A stretch of DNA of 64,000 nucleotides. Source: Acidobacteriota bacterium (GTDB taxonomy: Bacteria > Acidobacteriota > UBA890 > WLXD01). The DNA is taken from contig CBDBHB010000006.1 in assembly GCA_965205505.1 (NCBI GenBank), positions 224,001 through 288,000 of the forward strand. The letters are read 5' to 3'. Under the pieces are notes generated by a model. That model did no database searches and was not told where the DNA came from. It worked only from the letters and a program-made list of their open reading frames with translations. Position numbers and translations under genes: made by a program. Shown here one piece after another: positions 1-9,671 of the stretch; positions within the stretch are counted from its first letter, which is position 1, and every line of letters begins with the position of its first letter.

Positions 1-2
1 AC

Positions 3-1301
3 ACCGATATCTACGTCACGAACCTCGGCCCCAATCAGCTCTTCCGCAACAACGGCGACGGCAGCTTCAGCGAGGTCGGCGCCGCCGTCGGGGTCGATGA
101 CCAGCAGTGGGGGGCCTCAGCAGCGTGGGGTGACATCGACAACGATGGTCACCTCGATCTGTATGTAACCAACTACGTCGACTTCGCGTGGGACAACCAC
201 AAGTTCTGCGGCAACCCGCAGCGCAACCTGCGCGCCTACTGCCACCCCGACGTCTACGGTGCCCTTGCGGATCGCCTGTACCTCAACCAAGGCGATGGCA
301 ACTTCGTCGACATCGCGGCGCAGGCCGGGGTTGCCGATACGGTCGACGGCAAGGGACTGGGAGTCGTCTTCGGCGACCACGACGACGACGGAGACGTCGA
401 CATCTACGTGGCCAATGACTCGACGCGCAACTTCCTCTACATCAACAACGGCGATGGCGTGTTTGGCGAGGATGGGCTGTTGGCCGGGGTGGCCTTCAGC
501 GCCGACGGGCAAGCGGAGGGAGGCATGGGCACGGACTGGGGGGACTTCGATGGTGATCAGCGTCTCGACGTCGTAGTCACTAACCTCGACCTGGAGACCA
601 ACTCGCTGTACCGGAACCTCGGCAGCGGAGTTTTTGCCGACGTGACCTTCGCCAAGGGCCTCGGGGAGCCCAGCCTGCGGCACGTGGGCTTCGGGACGAA
701 CTGGGACGATTTTGACAACGATACCGATCTCGACCTGTTCGTAGCCAACGGCCACATCATCGACAACATCGCCGAATTTCGCGACAGCATCACCTACGCC
801 CAACCCAATCATCTGTTCGTGAACGACGGAACCGGAGCGTTCACGGAGCGCAGCGCCGACGCAGGCAGCGGCTTCGAGATCGTTAAAGTGTCACGCGGTT
901 CAGTTACGGGCGACTTCGACAACGATGGAGACCTCGACTTGATCGTCACCAACAACGATCAGACGACGGACTACCTACGCAACGATGGTGGAAACGAGGC
1001 CGGCAACTGGGTTCAGCTACGCTTCGTGGGCCGGCGTGCCAATCGAACCGGCGCTGGAACGCGCGTCGTCGTTTCCGAGGGAACCGATCGGCCCCTGCTA
1101 CGCGAGCTACGCATCGGATCTTCGTATTGCAGCTCCGGCCCGTCAACGATGCACATCGGGCTCGGTGCAGCAACCAGCGTGACCCTGTCAGTGCGCTGGC
1201 CCGGAGGCGACACCGAGGTGCTCGGCGGTATCGATGCCGGACGTGCGTACGTGATTCAGCAGGGTCGCGGCATTATCGCGAGCCGCGCGGCCGCGCGCTA
1301 G
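3..1301 (+). CDS. CRTAC1-like FG-GAP repeat protein with C-terminal ASPIC/UnbV domain (5' partial)
   Basis: The frame of ORF 408..1301 is open back to position 3. It has repeated GDxDNDGxxDLxVxN motifs, a YCHPDVY motif and a C-terminal GSSYCSS...HIGLG...VRWPGG segment typical of ASPIC/UnbV. Confidence 0.9.
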   Translation, partial: TDIYVTNLGPNQLFRNNGDGSFSEVGAAVGVDDQQWGASAAWGDIDNDGHLDLYVTNYVDFAWDNHKFCGNPQRNLRAYCHPDVYGALADRLYLNQGDGNFVDIAAQAGVADTVDGKGLGVVFGDHDDDGDVDIYVANDSTRNFLYINNGDGVFGEDGLLAGVAFSADGQAEGGMGTDWGDFDGDQRLDVVVTNLDLETNSLYRNLGSGVFADVTFAKGLGEPSLRHVGFGTNWDDFDNDTDLDLFVANGHIIDNIAEFRDSITYAQPNHLFVNDGTGAFTERSADAGSGFEIVKVSRGSVTGDFDNDGDLDLIVTNNDQTTDYLRNDGGNEAGNWVQLRFVGRRANRTGAGTRVVVSEGTDRPLLRELRIGSSYCSSGPSTMHIGLGAATSVTLSVRWPGGDTEVLGGIDAGRAYVIQQGRGIIASRAAAR

Positions 1302-1338
1302 CCAGACAGCCCGCTATGCTTCCAACGTGGCCTGCTAG
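1298..1338. repeat. Degenerate CTAG-bounded element (family A) between two convergent stop codons
   Basis: CTAG(1298-1301)...CTTCCAACGTGGCCTGCTAG(1338). Each CTAG contains the TAG stop of a flanking gene, and the right end resembles TTCCACCACGGCCTGCTAG at 3661-3679. Confidence 0.6.
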
Positions 1339-3509
1339 CGCTCTTCGCCGGACGTAATTGCTTCGAGCAAGCGCTGCGTTTGCGGTTGGTCGGGATCGAT
1401 CTCGAGCGACTGCAGGAGCAGCTCGCGAGTGCGATCGACGCGACCGTCGGCGTAGTACTCGGACGCCAGCGCATTGAGCAGCGCGGGAGTCTCCTCTGCG
1501 CCGGCGATGCGGGCTCGCTCGTAGAAACGGATCGCGTCGTAGTGCTCGGCGAGCTGAGCGTTGACTTCACCCAGCAGAATCAACAGCTCGCTGTTGTTCG
1601 GATCGTTGGCAGTACGCGGCGTCAGCAGCGCGTTGAGCTCGCTGTAGCGTCCGGCGTCCTGGAGCAGCTCGATCTGTAGCTTCAATGCCGATTCCAAGTC
1701 GGGCTCCCGCCGTAACGCGTAGGCGAGCTCGGAGATCGCCTCATCCGTGCGGCCGACCGTGCGAAGCTGCTGAGCCCTCGCAACCCGAACCCGCGCGGCA
1801 GTGGCCGGCGGGTTAGGCAGCGAGTGCACGTGCGGCCGCTGGTACGACCCGGCATCGACGATCCGTAGCGGCATCGTCGAGCGTCGCTCGAGTCCCTCCA
1901 ACTCGGTCGTGAGCGAATAGGCTCCAGGAGGTAGCTGTCGCAGGCTGATCTCCGCAAAGTAGTTGATCACGCCGTGTTGATCGCGGCCGCCGGGATCGAC
2001 GCGGTCCACCTTCTCGATGAGCGTTTCCCCTCGGGCGCCATGCACTACCGTTCGCACCACGACAGGCTCGATTCGGTCCGGCGGCACGAACAACTGCCGG
2101 AAGACGGTCGCCGTGCCATCGGCAGGAAAGTCGTTGTCGATGGCCGGAACCATGCTGTGAGCGCCTACCTGGAACGCATAGTGCGCGCTGAAGGCATTGT
2201 AGGTATCAGGCGAGGTATTCACTTCGCGCACGAGCAACGGCTCGCCGGCCTCCAGGCGCTCGCCGCCGACTCCGGGAAACAGGAGCCTGATCTCGGCACG
2301 CCCGAACTCGCGAGTAACATTGTTCTCCACCATCAGCCCCAGCGTGTAGTCGCCGCTGATGGTCGGCAGCCGTTCCATGTAGGCCACCGGCCCACGGCGC
2401 AACCGGCGCGCCGTCTCGGCATCGATGTCGGCTTGCAAGGCTCGCGGTTCGCGACTGTGGAGGAACCGGGACTGGTCGTCACGAAGCGTGCTGCCGATCT
2501 CGAACGTGAAGTAGTACTTGTCCTCGTAGTTGGCCAGATTCAGTCGACTTCCCTCAGTGCGGAAGGCGTGATGAATAAACGGGATACCCGAGGGATCGAT
2601 GATGACGGCGGCGATAGCCTGCAGCGGCAGAGTTTCGAAGCGAACGTCGGACTCGGTCGACCCGGTAAGCACGTTGTAGGCCCATGTTGCCCGCGGCATC
2701 AGCTTGTCGGGGATCTCGAACACCTGCTGCAGGAGCATCTCTGATCGCAACGGCGAGACCACTCCTCCGAGGCCCTCCCCCGGCACCAGGCTGCGCGCGG
2801 CACTAGCCAGCTCCGCGTTTACCCCCTGCAGCATCCGAAGCGCCAGGCTGTCCTCGGTCGAAGCGAAGCCGCCTCGACCCCGGAACCGATCGGTATCGCC
2901 ACTCAAAACCTGCGACTGCACCGCGGGGTTCAGCAGCTTGACCAGTCCATCCATTGCCGGGCTCCACAGCCGATAGGCGCCGTAGCCACGCTCCTTGAAG
3001 AAAACAACGTAGAAGAACGGCGACGGGATGAGACCAGGATCAACGCTGTAGAACCACACCTCGGCGGGCACAGCGGCGTCGGTATTGGGCAATCGAGTAA
3101 CCCCCTGCGGCTTGCCCAACAGGATCCAGATTCGTCCCTGATCTGTCGACCATCCGGGCCTCGGTGTATCACGGCCGATGTTCCTGGCGATGTACTCGAG
3201 GCGCTCGTAATGCTGGTCGAAGTACTCGTTCTGCACTGTCCCCGGACTGGGATCTCGATGAGTCCAGAATTGTTCGATGAACCGGTCGCGGCGCGCGTCG
3301 GTGTCGAGTCGCTCGAAGACCTCGCGCTCGTCTTTGGTGATGATCCATACGACCTCCTCCTCGACCCACTCGCGATAACGCTCGTCGATATCGTCAAGGT
3401 CGTACTTCGGGAAACTGCGGAGGTCCACGTTCTGTGCGAACGCCGGTTGTGGGGCCATCGTGGCAGCAACTAGCAGGAGTATGAGTAAGGCGCGGTTTTG
3501 GGTCATCAC
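1335..3509 (-). CDS. GWxTD domain protein with signal peptide and C-terminal TPR repeats
   Basis: Signal peptide ending AFA. Motifs FIEQFWTHRDP and PGWSTDQGRIWILLGKP. C-terminal TPR-like helices. Confidence 0.9.
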   Translation of the reverse strand: MMTQNRALLILLLVAATMAPQPAFAQNVDLRSFPKYDLDDIDERYREWVEEEVVWIITKDEREVFERLDTDARRDRFIEQFWTHRDPSPGTVQNEYFDQHYERLEYIARNIGRDTPRPGWSTDQGRIWILLGKPQGVTRLPNTDAAVPAEVWFYSVDPGLIPSPFFYVVFFKERGYGAYRLWSPAMDGLVKLLNPAVQSQVLSGDTDRFRGRGGFASTEDSLALRMLQGVNAELASAARSLVPGEGLGGVVSPLRSEMLLQQVFEIPDKLMPRATWAYNVLTGSTESDVRFETLPLQAIAAVIIDPSGIPFIHHAFRTEGSRLNLANYEDKYYFTFEIGSTLRDDQSRFLHSREPRALQADIDAETARRLRRGPVAYMERLPTISGDYTLGLMVENNVTREFGRAEIRLLFPGVGGERLEAGEPLLVREVNTSPDTYNAFSAHYAFQVGAHSMVPAIDNDFPADGTATVFRQLFVPPDRIEPVVVRTVVHGARGETLIEKVDRVDPGGRDQHGVINYFAEISLRQLPPGAYSLTTELEGLERRSTMPLRIVDAGSYQRPHVHSLPNPPATAARVRVARAQQLRTVGRTDEAISELAYALRREPDLESALKLQIELLQDAGRYSELNALLTPRTANDPNNSELLILLGEVNAQLAEHYDAIRFYERARIAGAEETPALLNALASEYYADGRVDRTRELLLQSLEIDPDQPQTQRLLEAITSGEER

Positions 3510-3556
3510 AGGCCGGTCTTGTTTGGGCGATGCCGGTAGGGATCGCGCGATTAGGA

Positions 3557-3562
3557 ATTATA
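3557..3562 (-). promoter_or_regulatory. Candidate -10 element (TATAAT) for the GWxTD gene
   Basis: Perfect TATAAT on the minus strand about 50 bp upstream of the start, in GC-rich DNA. No clear -35. Confidence 0.45.
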
Positions 3563-3644
3563 CGCCTCGAGACTACCGTGGCGCCGCGACTGGCCCGCTC
3601 GCGACGTAGGCTGGACCGATCTTTCCGCCTCCTGGCGGGTGCGG

Positions 3645-3679
3645 GCCAGACCCACCACACTTCCACCACGGCCTGCTAG
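3645..3679 (+). repeat. Family A terminal-repeat copy
   Basis: GCCAGACCCACCACACTTCCACCACGGCCTGCTAG matches the reverse complement of 60178-60212 at 34/35 positions. Confidence 0.85.
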
Positions 3680-3689
3680 GATTGCGCAG

Positions 3690-4190
3690 ATGGGCAACGA
3701 GGGCCTCACGCATCTGGACGAGCAAGGTCGAGCTCGGATGGTCGATGTGGGCGACAAGCCCGCGAGTGAGCGGCGCGCCGTGGCGTCGGGATGCCTGGTC
3801 ATGTCAGCGAGCACGCTGGATCTTGTCCTCGCTGGCGAGGTGCCCAAGGGGAACGTCGTCGAGGTCGCCCGCATTGCCGGGATCCAGGCAGCCAAGCGAA
3901 CCGCCGAGCTGATTCCTCTGTGCCACACGCTGCCGCTGTCTTACGTCGATGTTGAAGTCGAACCCGACGCCAACGGATTGCGCGTCACTGCGACGGCTGC
4001 CACCACCGCCGCCACCGGGGTAGAGATGGAGGCGCTAACCGCCGCCGCGGTCGCGTTGCTGACCCTGTACGACATGTGCAAGGCGATCGAGAAGGGCATG
4101 CGCGTTGTCGATTTGCGCCTGGAGGAGAAGACCGGTGGGCGCAGCGGCACATGGGCGCGAACGAAAACAGGGAACCGCGGTTCACAGTAG
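3690..4190 (+). CDS. moaC: Cyclic pyranopterin monophosphate synthase MoaC
   Basis: Motifs LTHLD..G.ARMVDV, LIPLCH, TGVEMEAL, YDMCKA and EKTGGRSG. ATG 3690 is preferred over the upstream ORF start. Confidence 0.95.
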   Translation: MGNEGLTHLDEQGRARMVDVGDKPASERRAVASGCLVMSASTLDLVLAGEVPKGNVVEVARIAGIQAAKRTAELIPLCHTLPLSYVDVEVEPDANGLRVTATAATTAATGVEMEALTAAAVALLTLYDMCKAIEKGMRVVDLRLEEKTGGRSGTWARTKTGNRGSQ

Positions 4191-4191
4191 C

Positions 4192-4206
4192 GGAAAAGAT
4201 TTGCCC
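4192..4206. promoter_or_regulatory. Candidate bEBP upstream activating sequence (GGAAAAGATTTGCCC)
   Basis: About 95 bp upstream of the sigma54 site at 4299. Resembles the GGGAAA-N-TTCC sites at 8560, 8582 and 9672. Confidence 0.5.
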
Positions 4207-4298
4207 ACGGCGCGAGACTTCGTACTGAATGACGGCGGCCAGGCCCGGACATCCGGGGGCTGACCCGAGCGGCCAGCGTGCCGGGCCGCCGCCGCCGC

Positions 4299-4313
4299 TG
4301 GCACGCCCATTGC
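4299..4313 (+). promoter_or_regulatory. sigma54 -24/-12 promoter
   Basis: TGGCACGCCCATTGC matches TGGCACG-N4-TTGC, 60 bp upstream of ATG 4374. Confidence 0.85.
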
Positions 4314-4373
4314 TCCAATTCGGGGTAGCTGTGTACTCGCTGCCAGCCTCACGGCAGCCACCCCCGAGGATCG

Positions 4374-5897
4374 ATGGTCCAGCTCTTCCAGCGCTACGTA
4401 CCCTACAGTAGCGTCGTTCATTTCATGGTTCAGAGCTTGCTTTGCCTGACCGCGTTCACGCTCGTCGTTCAGGTAGCCTGATACACGCAGCTCGATCCGA
4501 CCCTACCGTCGCTGGCGGGTGTGCGCCTCGGCCGTATCGCGACGACCGTGGCCACGTTGGTCAGCGTCTTCTATCTCACCGGATACTTCGAGCGGCGCAA
4601 CCATCTGAGCACGGCGCTGTTCGTGCCGCGTCTTATTCAGGCGGTGCCACTGTCGGCGGCGACGCTCGCCCTGTTGTACCAATTCGTACCGTCGGTGGCA
4701 CTGGGCTGGGAGGTGGCCGGAGCCGGGCTGGGGCTGATGGCCCTGATGATGATCGCGTGGCATTGCGTCGCCCCGAGCATGGTGAGCGAGGATACGCTGG
4801 CCGAGAACATCCTCTTGATCGGCGACGGCGAGCTTGCCTACCAGGTTGCTGATCGCGTCGGCAACGCCGCCCCGTGGGGCTTCCGCCTAATTGGCTACGT
4901 GCCGGTGGACGATGCCCCGCCGTACGATGCGGCGCCCCACGAGGCCCGGGCATCGCCCAGCGCCATCGCCCATCGGCTACGCGGCGGCGGCGCTGTTGGC
5001 AACACCGCCCTGGCGCTCGACGCAGACTCTCGTGTGCTGCCGTTCCCGGTCCCTTTGCGAATCGACGCGCCGGCGCTGGGGCGGCTCCAGGACCTCGATG
5101 CGATTCTCAGTGAGCGCGACGTCCACACGATCGTCGTGGCTCTGAGCGACCGCCGCGGCAAGCTGCCGCTGGCAGCACTGATCCGGGCGAAGCTTCGCGG
5201 TGTAGCCGTGTTCGACGCCATCGAGTTCTACGAGCGGCTTACGGGACGGCTGCTCGTATCGCGGATGCGACCCAGCACGATCATCTTCTCCGACGGTTTC
5301 GCGCCCGGTCGCATCAGCCGCGCCATGAAGCGATTCCTCGACGTGGCTGTGGCTTCGACGCTGCTGGTGATCAGCGCACCCGTGCAGCTGCTCGTTGCAA
5401 TCGCCGTGGCGCTTACCTCGCGCGGTCCGGTGCTCTTCCGGCAAGGGCGCACCGGTATTGCCGGGCTGCCCTTCACGATCCTCAAGTTCCGCACCATGCG
5501 GGTCGACGCCGAGAGTGAAGGCCCCCGTTGGGCAGCCGAAAACGATGATCGCATCACCTCGATCGGCCGCTTCCTGCGCACCTCGCGGCTCAATGAGCTG
5601 CCGCAACTCTGGAACATCCTCCTGGGGCACATGAGCTTCGTTGGCCCGCGGCCGGAGCAACCGGCTTTCGTAAGGATGCTGCGCAATCGAATCCCCTACT
5701 ACGACCAACGTCACGTGATTCGACCCGGCCTAACCGGATGGGCGCAGGTCAAGTATCCGTACGGTGCCAGCGTGGAGGAGACGGTGGAGAAGCTCGAATA
5801 CGACCTCTACTACATCAAGCACAGCTCGATCGCCTTCGACGTCACGATCATGTTCGAGACGGTGCGCGTGATGCTGACCGGCAAGGGTGCGCGATGA
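4374..5897 (+). pseudogene. Priming sugar transferase (PEP-CTERM/XrtA-system EpsB-like) with an in-frame TGA at 4479-4481
   Basis: RBS GAGGA, then ATG 4374 (MVQLFQRYVP) in the same frame as ORF 4521..5897, interrupted by TGA at codon 36. The C-terminal Bac_transf motifs FTILKFRTM, GHMSFVGPRPE, RPGLTGWAQV and KLEYDLYY are present. Confidence 0.8.
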
Positions 5898-6118
5898 AGC
5901 CCGCTGCGCATACCAACTTGCTGACGATCGTCGTTGAGGACTATTTCCACGCTACCGGATTGGGCGGCACCAGCATACGGGACCGCTGGGATAAGCTGCC
6001 CGGCCGCGTCGAGTACAACACTCGCCGTCTGCTGCGAGTGCTCGACCGGCATACGCCTGCCGCGTCGCCGCGTCGCAGCCAACGAGGTCGTCCAGGTATC
6101 AATGGCGTCGGAGGATGA
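5894..6118 (+). pseudogene. N-terminal fragment of an XrtA-system polysaccharide deacetylase
   Basis: ATGA overlap with the transferase stop. NLLTIVVEDYFH...RVEYNTRRLLRVLDRH is followed by unrelated sequence after about 6052, and the expected ATFF motif is absent. Confidence 0.75.
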
Positions 6119-7080
6119 GAACCCAGGCGAGGCACCAGCGGTGCTCAGCGGATGGTTGCGCGCAAAGCCAAAGTGCCCAATCAGGTTCCAGCGGGCTGTC
6201 TGAGTGCCGATGCTGGCGGTGGCGCGATCACGGATCGTCGGGCGGCCGAGTCCGGTCGTGAATCCGACATCACGCTCTGCTAACAATCCGAGGGGAATTC
6301 GATCCAGCGTGTGGCTCAGGCGCGCGCTAGCAACGTAACCGGGCGAGCCGAGCGCGTCGGCAAACGCGACTCCGCCAGCTTCTTGCGTCTCCTGCAACCA
6401 CAACACGCCGCCTCGAAGGCGGAGCGTTGTGTGCCGCCGCACTTGATAGTCGAGTCCGCCGCTGGCGGATACCGTGCGGGCCTTCGACCCGCTATCGAAG
6501 CGACCGAGGCTGGCGCTGACACCGGCGAATAACGAGACGCGCTAGGTCACACCGTGACCGTAGCCGACGGACAACGAATAGCGATCGCTGCCAGCAAGCG
6601 TCTGATCGGTGCCCGCCTGATCGGGAAAGCGAAGACGGCGATATCGAGCCGTCATTGAAACACTGTCGCGGGGCGTTAGCTGATGCACGAGCGCAGCATC
6701 GACGTCGGCTCGCGCCTGTCGCGATCGCGGTACGATGATCTCGGTAGCATCGAGCCCACGCAGCTCGTTGGAAACATACGGCCCGACTGCTCGAAGCTAC
6801 TCGCTATCTGGCTGTCGCTGTAGCGCTGATAACCTGGCGTATAGCTGAAGTCGGCACTCCAGCGCGGTCCGCGGAGCCGGAACGGCAGATCCGCGCTCAC
6901 CGCCACGAACCCCGACTCGCGGGGATCACCGACGAGCCGTAGCGGGTTGCTGCTGAGGCTGCCTAGCAGGGTGAGCGAGGGCGCGAAGGTCGAGCGGCTT
7001 GTAGACTGCGCCAGCGCCACTCCGGACAGGCCCACCGTCACGAAGGCCATGAGCACGGCAACTAGCCGCGACACGGGCAC
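6055..7080 (-). pseudogene. Outer-membrane beta-barrel-like EPS export protein, disrupted
   Basis: Signal peptide and alternating beta-strand pattern in ORF 6676..7080. After a frameshift near 6778 it continues as YVSNELRGLDA..., hits an in-frame TAG at 6542-6544 and joins the frame of ORF 5810..6442. The 3' end runs into the deacetylase remnant. Confidence 0.6.
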
Positions 7081-7105
7081 CTGCGCGAGGGCGCGACGGC
7101 CGCAA

Positions 7106-7143
7106 TTCGCTAGGGCACATATATTTCGCTAGGGCACATATAT
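7106..7143. repeat. Perfect 19-bp tandem duplication
   Basis: TTCGCTAGGGCACATATAT twice (7106-7124, 7125-7143), covering the last codons and stop of the export gene. Confidence 0.9.
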
Positions 7144-8340
7144 GATGTCTCCCGACTGCAAGACGAACTCCCCGGCATCCGCGCGGCCCTTCATGACGTC
7201 GCCGTAGCGATACGGAATACGCACCCTCTGATTCTCGATGGTGCGGAGGATCGTGGTGCCGTTCTGGTCGGCGAACTCCGTCGGGCCGCCCGCCATGGAG
7301 ATCGCCTGCAGCACGGTGATGTTGCGATCGAGCGTCACCGGGCCTGGCGTGCCGACGCGGCCGAGCACATAGACCACCAGGCTCTTGATATCGGTGACCG
7401 TGACCGTAACGGTCGGCACCTGAACGAAGTCGCGCAGCAAGGTGGTGATCTCGGCCTCGACCTCTGCCGCTGTCTTTCCGGCCACAGCTAGCTCGCCCAC
7501 GAGCGGCAGCGAGATGTAACCATCGGGCCGCACCGGTACCCGGCGACTGAGCTGCGCGTTGCGCCACACGAACACGTCGACCTGGTCGCCGGGGCCGAGC
7601 CGGTAGTCGCCGCTACCGAACGACCGAGTGTGAGGCTGCCGCTCACCGAGTGATGAGCCGAATCCAACAAGCCGGTCGGGCGCCGGGTAGGAGCTCAGAG
7701 AAGGCTGCGCCGGCGACGGCGCCAACGCATTTCTCTGCGACTGTCCATGGCCTTGCGGTAGCTGACTTTGACCCCAGGCGGATCCGTTCATCGACGCGTG
7801 GCGCGGAAGCTGACGATTCCGGCTGGTCGACACCTGCGGTGGACCCGCCATCGTGGGTGTATCAGCTGCGTCACCAGTGGAGTCCGAAAGGTACGCGCGT
7901 ACGCCGGCCAGCTCAGCTACATCGGTCGACCGAGGACGCTCCACAATCGTCTGCTTGGACGGAGCAAGCCACTGCCCATCTTGCAGCGGAAGCCATGCCA
8001 CACCATCCTCGTCAATCGACGTCGTCTCACCACCCGGGAACGCGCCTGCGGTGGTGGCGTGAGACTCGACGGCAATTGCAGTCGGACGCACCGGAATGCT
8101 CGTCACCCGAGGCGATGCGGGCATGTTGGTAATGACGACGCCATCCCCACCGGCTCGAGTCGGAAGTTGCGCGGGAGCATCCGCCACATGCACAGTGATC
8201 GAGCTGTGCGAAGGCATCACGACGCGAATCGGGATTCGGGGACGATCGTGCTGCTGCGCTACGGCTGCTCCCGGGGCCATGATCAGGCCAATGAGACTCA
8301 GCAGCACGGCAGTGCGTCCAGTTCGGTGTTCGACTCGCAT
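7129..8340 (-). CDS. Polysaccharide biosynthesis/export (Wza-like, Poly_export + SLBB) protein with a long N-terminal extension
   Basis: YRLGPGDQVDV.VW..VPVRPDGYISLPLVGE, VYVLGRV..PG and LQSGDIIYVP. ATG 8340 precedes a signal peptide and lies downstream of the sigma54 site at 8410-8424. Confidence 0.85.
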   Translation of the reverse strand: MRVEHRTGRTAVLLSLIGLIMAPGAAVAQQHDRPRIPIRVVMPSHSSITVHVADAPAQLPTRAGGDGVVITNMPASPRVTSIPVRPTAIAVESHATTAGAFPGGETTSIDEDGVAWLPLQDGQWLAPSKQTIVERPRSTDVAELAGVRAYLSDSTGDAADTPTMAGPPQVSTSRNRQLPRHASMNGSAWGQSQLPQGHGQSQRNALAPSPAQPSLSSYPAPDRLVGFGSSLGERQPHTRSFGSGDYRLGPGDQVDVFVWRNAQLSRRVPVRPDGYISLPLVGELAVAGKTAAEVEAEITTLLRDFVQVPTVTVTVTDIKSLVVYVLGRVGTPGPVTLDRNITVLQAISMAGGPTEFADQNGTTILRTIENQRVRIPYRYGDVMKGRADAGEFVLQSGDIIYVP

Positions 8341-8409
8341 CAATGTCTCCGTGGACGCGCCTCTCGGCGTCGCCCCGTTAGGGCTCCGGTTCAAGCGAGC
8401 ATTCCATGT

Positions 8410-8424
8410 GCAATCGGCGTGCCA
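8410..8424 (-). promoter_or_regulatory. sigma54 -24/-12 promoter
   Basis: The minus strand reads TGGCACGCCGATTGC. Confidence 0.85.
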
Positions 8425-8559
8425 CCCCGAGCTTCGGTCCTGACCCTGAACAGAATGACGCGGCGTTGCGCGAGTAGCTTTGATCATTGGATTTTCAACG
8501 CACACCGGCACGCGCCCTCCGGAGGCATCGGGGCCTCGTAGGCGAACCGTCCCGTGGAA

Positions 8560-8596
8560 GGGAAAAAAGCTTCCGGGCGTTGGGAAAAAGACTTCC
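8560..8596. promoter_or_regulatory. Tandem candidate bEBP binding sites
   Basis: GGGAAAAAAGCTTCC (8560-8574) and GGGAAAAAGACTTCC (8582-8596), 22 bp apart, about 140-170 bp upstream of the sigma54 site. Confidence 0.65.
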
Positions 8597-8601
8597 ATCG
8601 C

Positions 8602-9525
8602 TCACCGCGCGGGGTGCAGGGACGCCATGGCCCGGAGCTTTGCAGACAGCGCCTTGTAGCTGATACCGAGCAGCGCCGCGGCGCGGTGTCGGTCACCCGC
8701 CACGAATTCGAGCGTACGAATCAGCCAGGAACTCTCGGCGTCGCGAACCACCAAACGACGCACCTCCTTGAGTCGCACCGACTGGCCTCGATGCAGCGCC
8801 TCGAGAGCAGCCATCTTCGGCTTCCTTCCCCAGTCGCCGGCAGCGGCGCCGGTAAGCCGACGGACCTCTTGGCGAGCCGCCACGCGTGCATTACGCTGGC
8901 GCACAGCGGCGGCGGCGAAGGAATCGATGTCGCCGAGCGCTGCCGGCCAACGATACCCACGCAGGTAAGTGAGCGCCCGCTCGATTCCCCAGGGCAAATC
9001 GAGCCGCTGATCACGAGAGTGCAGCTCCAAGTAGTGATCGAGAATCCTTGGAAGGTCTGCGTCCCTGGTGTGCAGCGGCGGAAGATCCACGGCGATCAGT
9101 CGATCATGGAGCGGGCGCCGCATCGGCCACTCGTCAGAGTCCGAGCTGACGACCAGGAAGCGCGTAGCGCAGCGTGATCTGAGGTCGATGCGCTCCGCCA
9201 CCTCGATCTGCACCGATGGCGCTAGGCGACCGGGCTCGTCGAGCAGGAGCGATCCACCTGCGGCCCGTTCGCAGGCAGCTCGAAGCTCCGCCCGCTGGTT
9301 CTCGGGTCCGCATTCCGTCAGCCGAGCTCCGTCGACTTCGACCAGCGGGGCGTTGGCTCGTCCGCCCCGATGTAAGGTCAACGCTACCCAGCGTCGGCCC
9401 CCTCCCGGCGCGCCCCTGAAGAGCACGGCGACGGGAAGGCCGGTCAGACGGGCGATCGTAAGCGCCAGAACGGAGTCGGGCGGCGCGGGGTATGCAACTC
9501 GTGAGCCATCTATCGGGGAACCCAT
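8602..9525 (-). CDS. Degenerate sigma54-activator-like AAA+ protein with a Fis-type HTH (no GAFTGA, Walker A Lys lost)
   Basis: GAPGGGRR in place of GxxGxGK, LLLDE retained, YRWPA for WPGN, and HTH AAALLGISYKAL. ATG 9525 lies downstream of the sigma54 site at 9540-9554. Confidence 0.75.
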   Translation of the reverse strand: MGSPIDGSRVAYPAPPDSVLALTIARLTGLPVAVLFRGAPGGGRRWVALTLHRGGRANAPLVEVDGARLTECGPENQRAELRAACERAAGGSLLLDEPGRLAPSVQIEVAERIDLRSRCATRFLVVSSDSDEWPMRRPLHDRLIAVDLPPLHTRDADLPRILDHYLELHSRDQRLDLPWGIERALTYLRGYRWPAALGDIDSFAAAAVRQRNARVAARQEVRRLTGAAAGDWGRKPKMAALEALHRGQSVRLKEVRRLVVRDAESSWLIRTLEFVAGDRHRAAALLGISYKALSAKLRAMASLHPAR

Positions 9526-9539
9526 GTGACGGTTGTGGT

Positions 9540-9554
9540 GCAAGCGATATGCCA
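9540..9554 (-). promoter_or_regulatory. sigma54 -24/-12 promoter
   Basis: The minus strand reads TGGCATATCGCTTGC (GG-N10-GC). Confidence 0.7.
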
Positions 9555-9671
9555 CGTTCGACGGCGAAGCTCGGGGCTCAGCAGCGCGCCGATGGCGCGG
9601 CCCACGTCGCCTCCTGGCGGCGCCTGTCCAACCTGGTCAGAGGACCGAATCCGACGATGGAGCGACTACAA

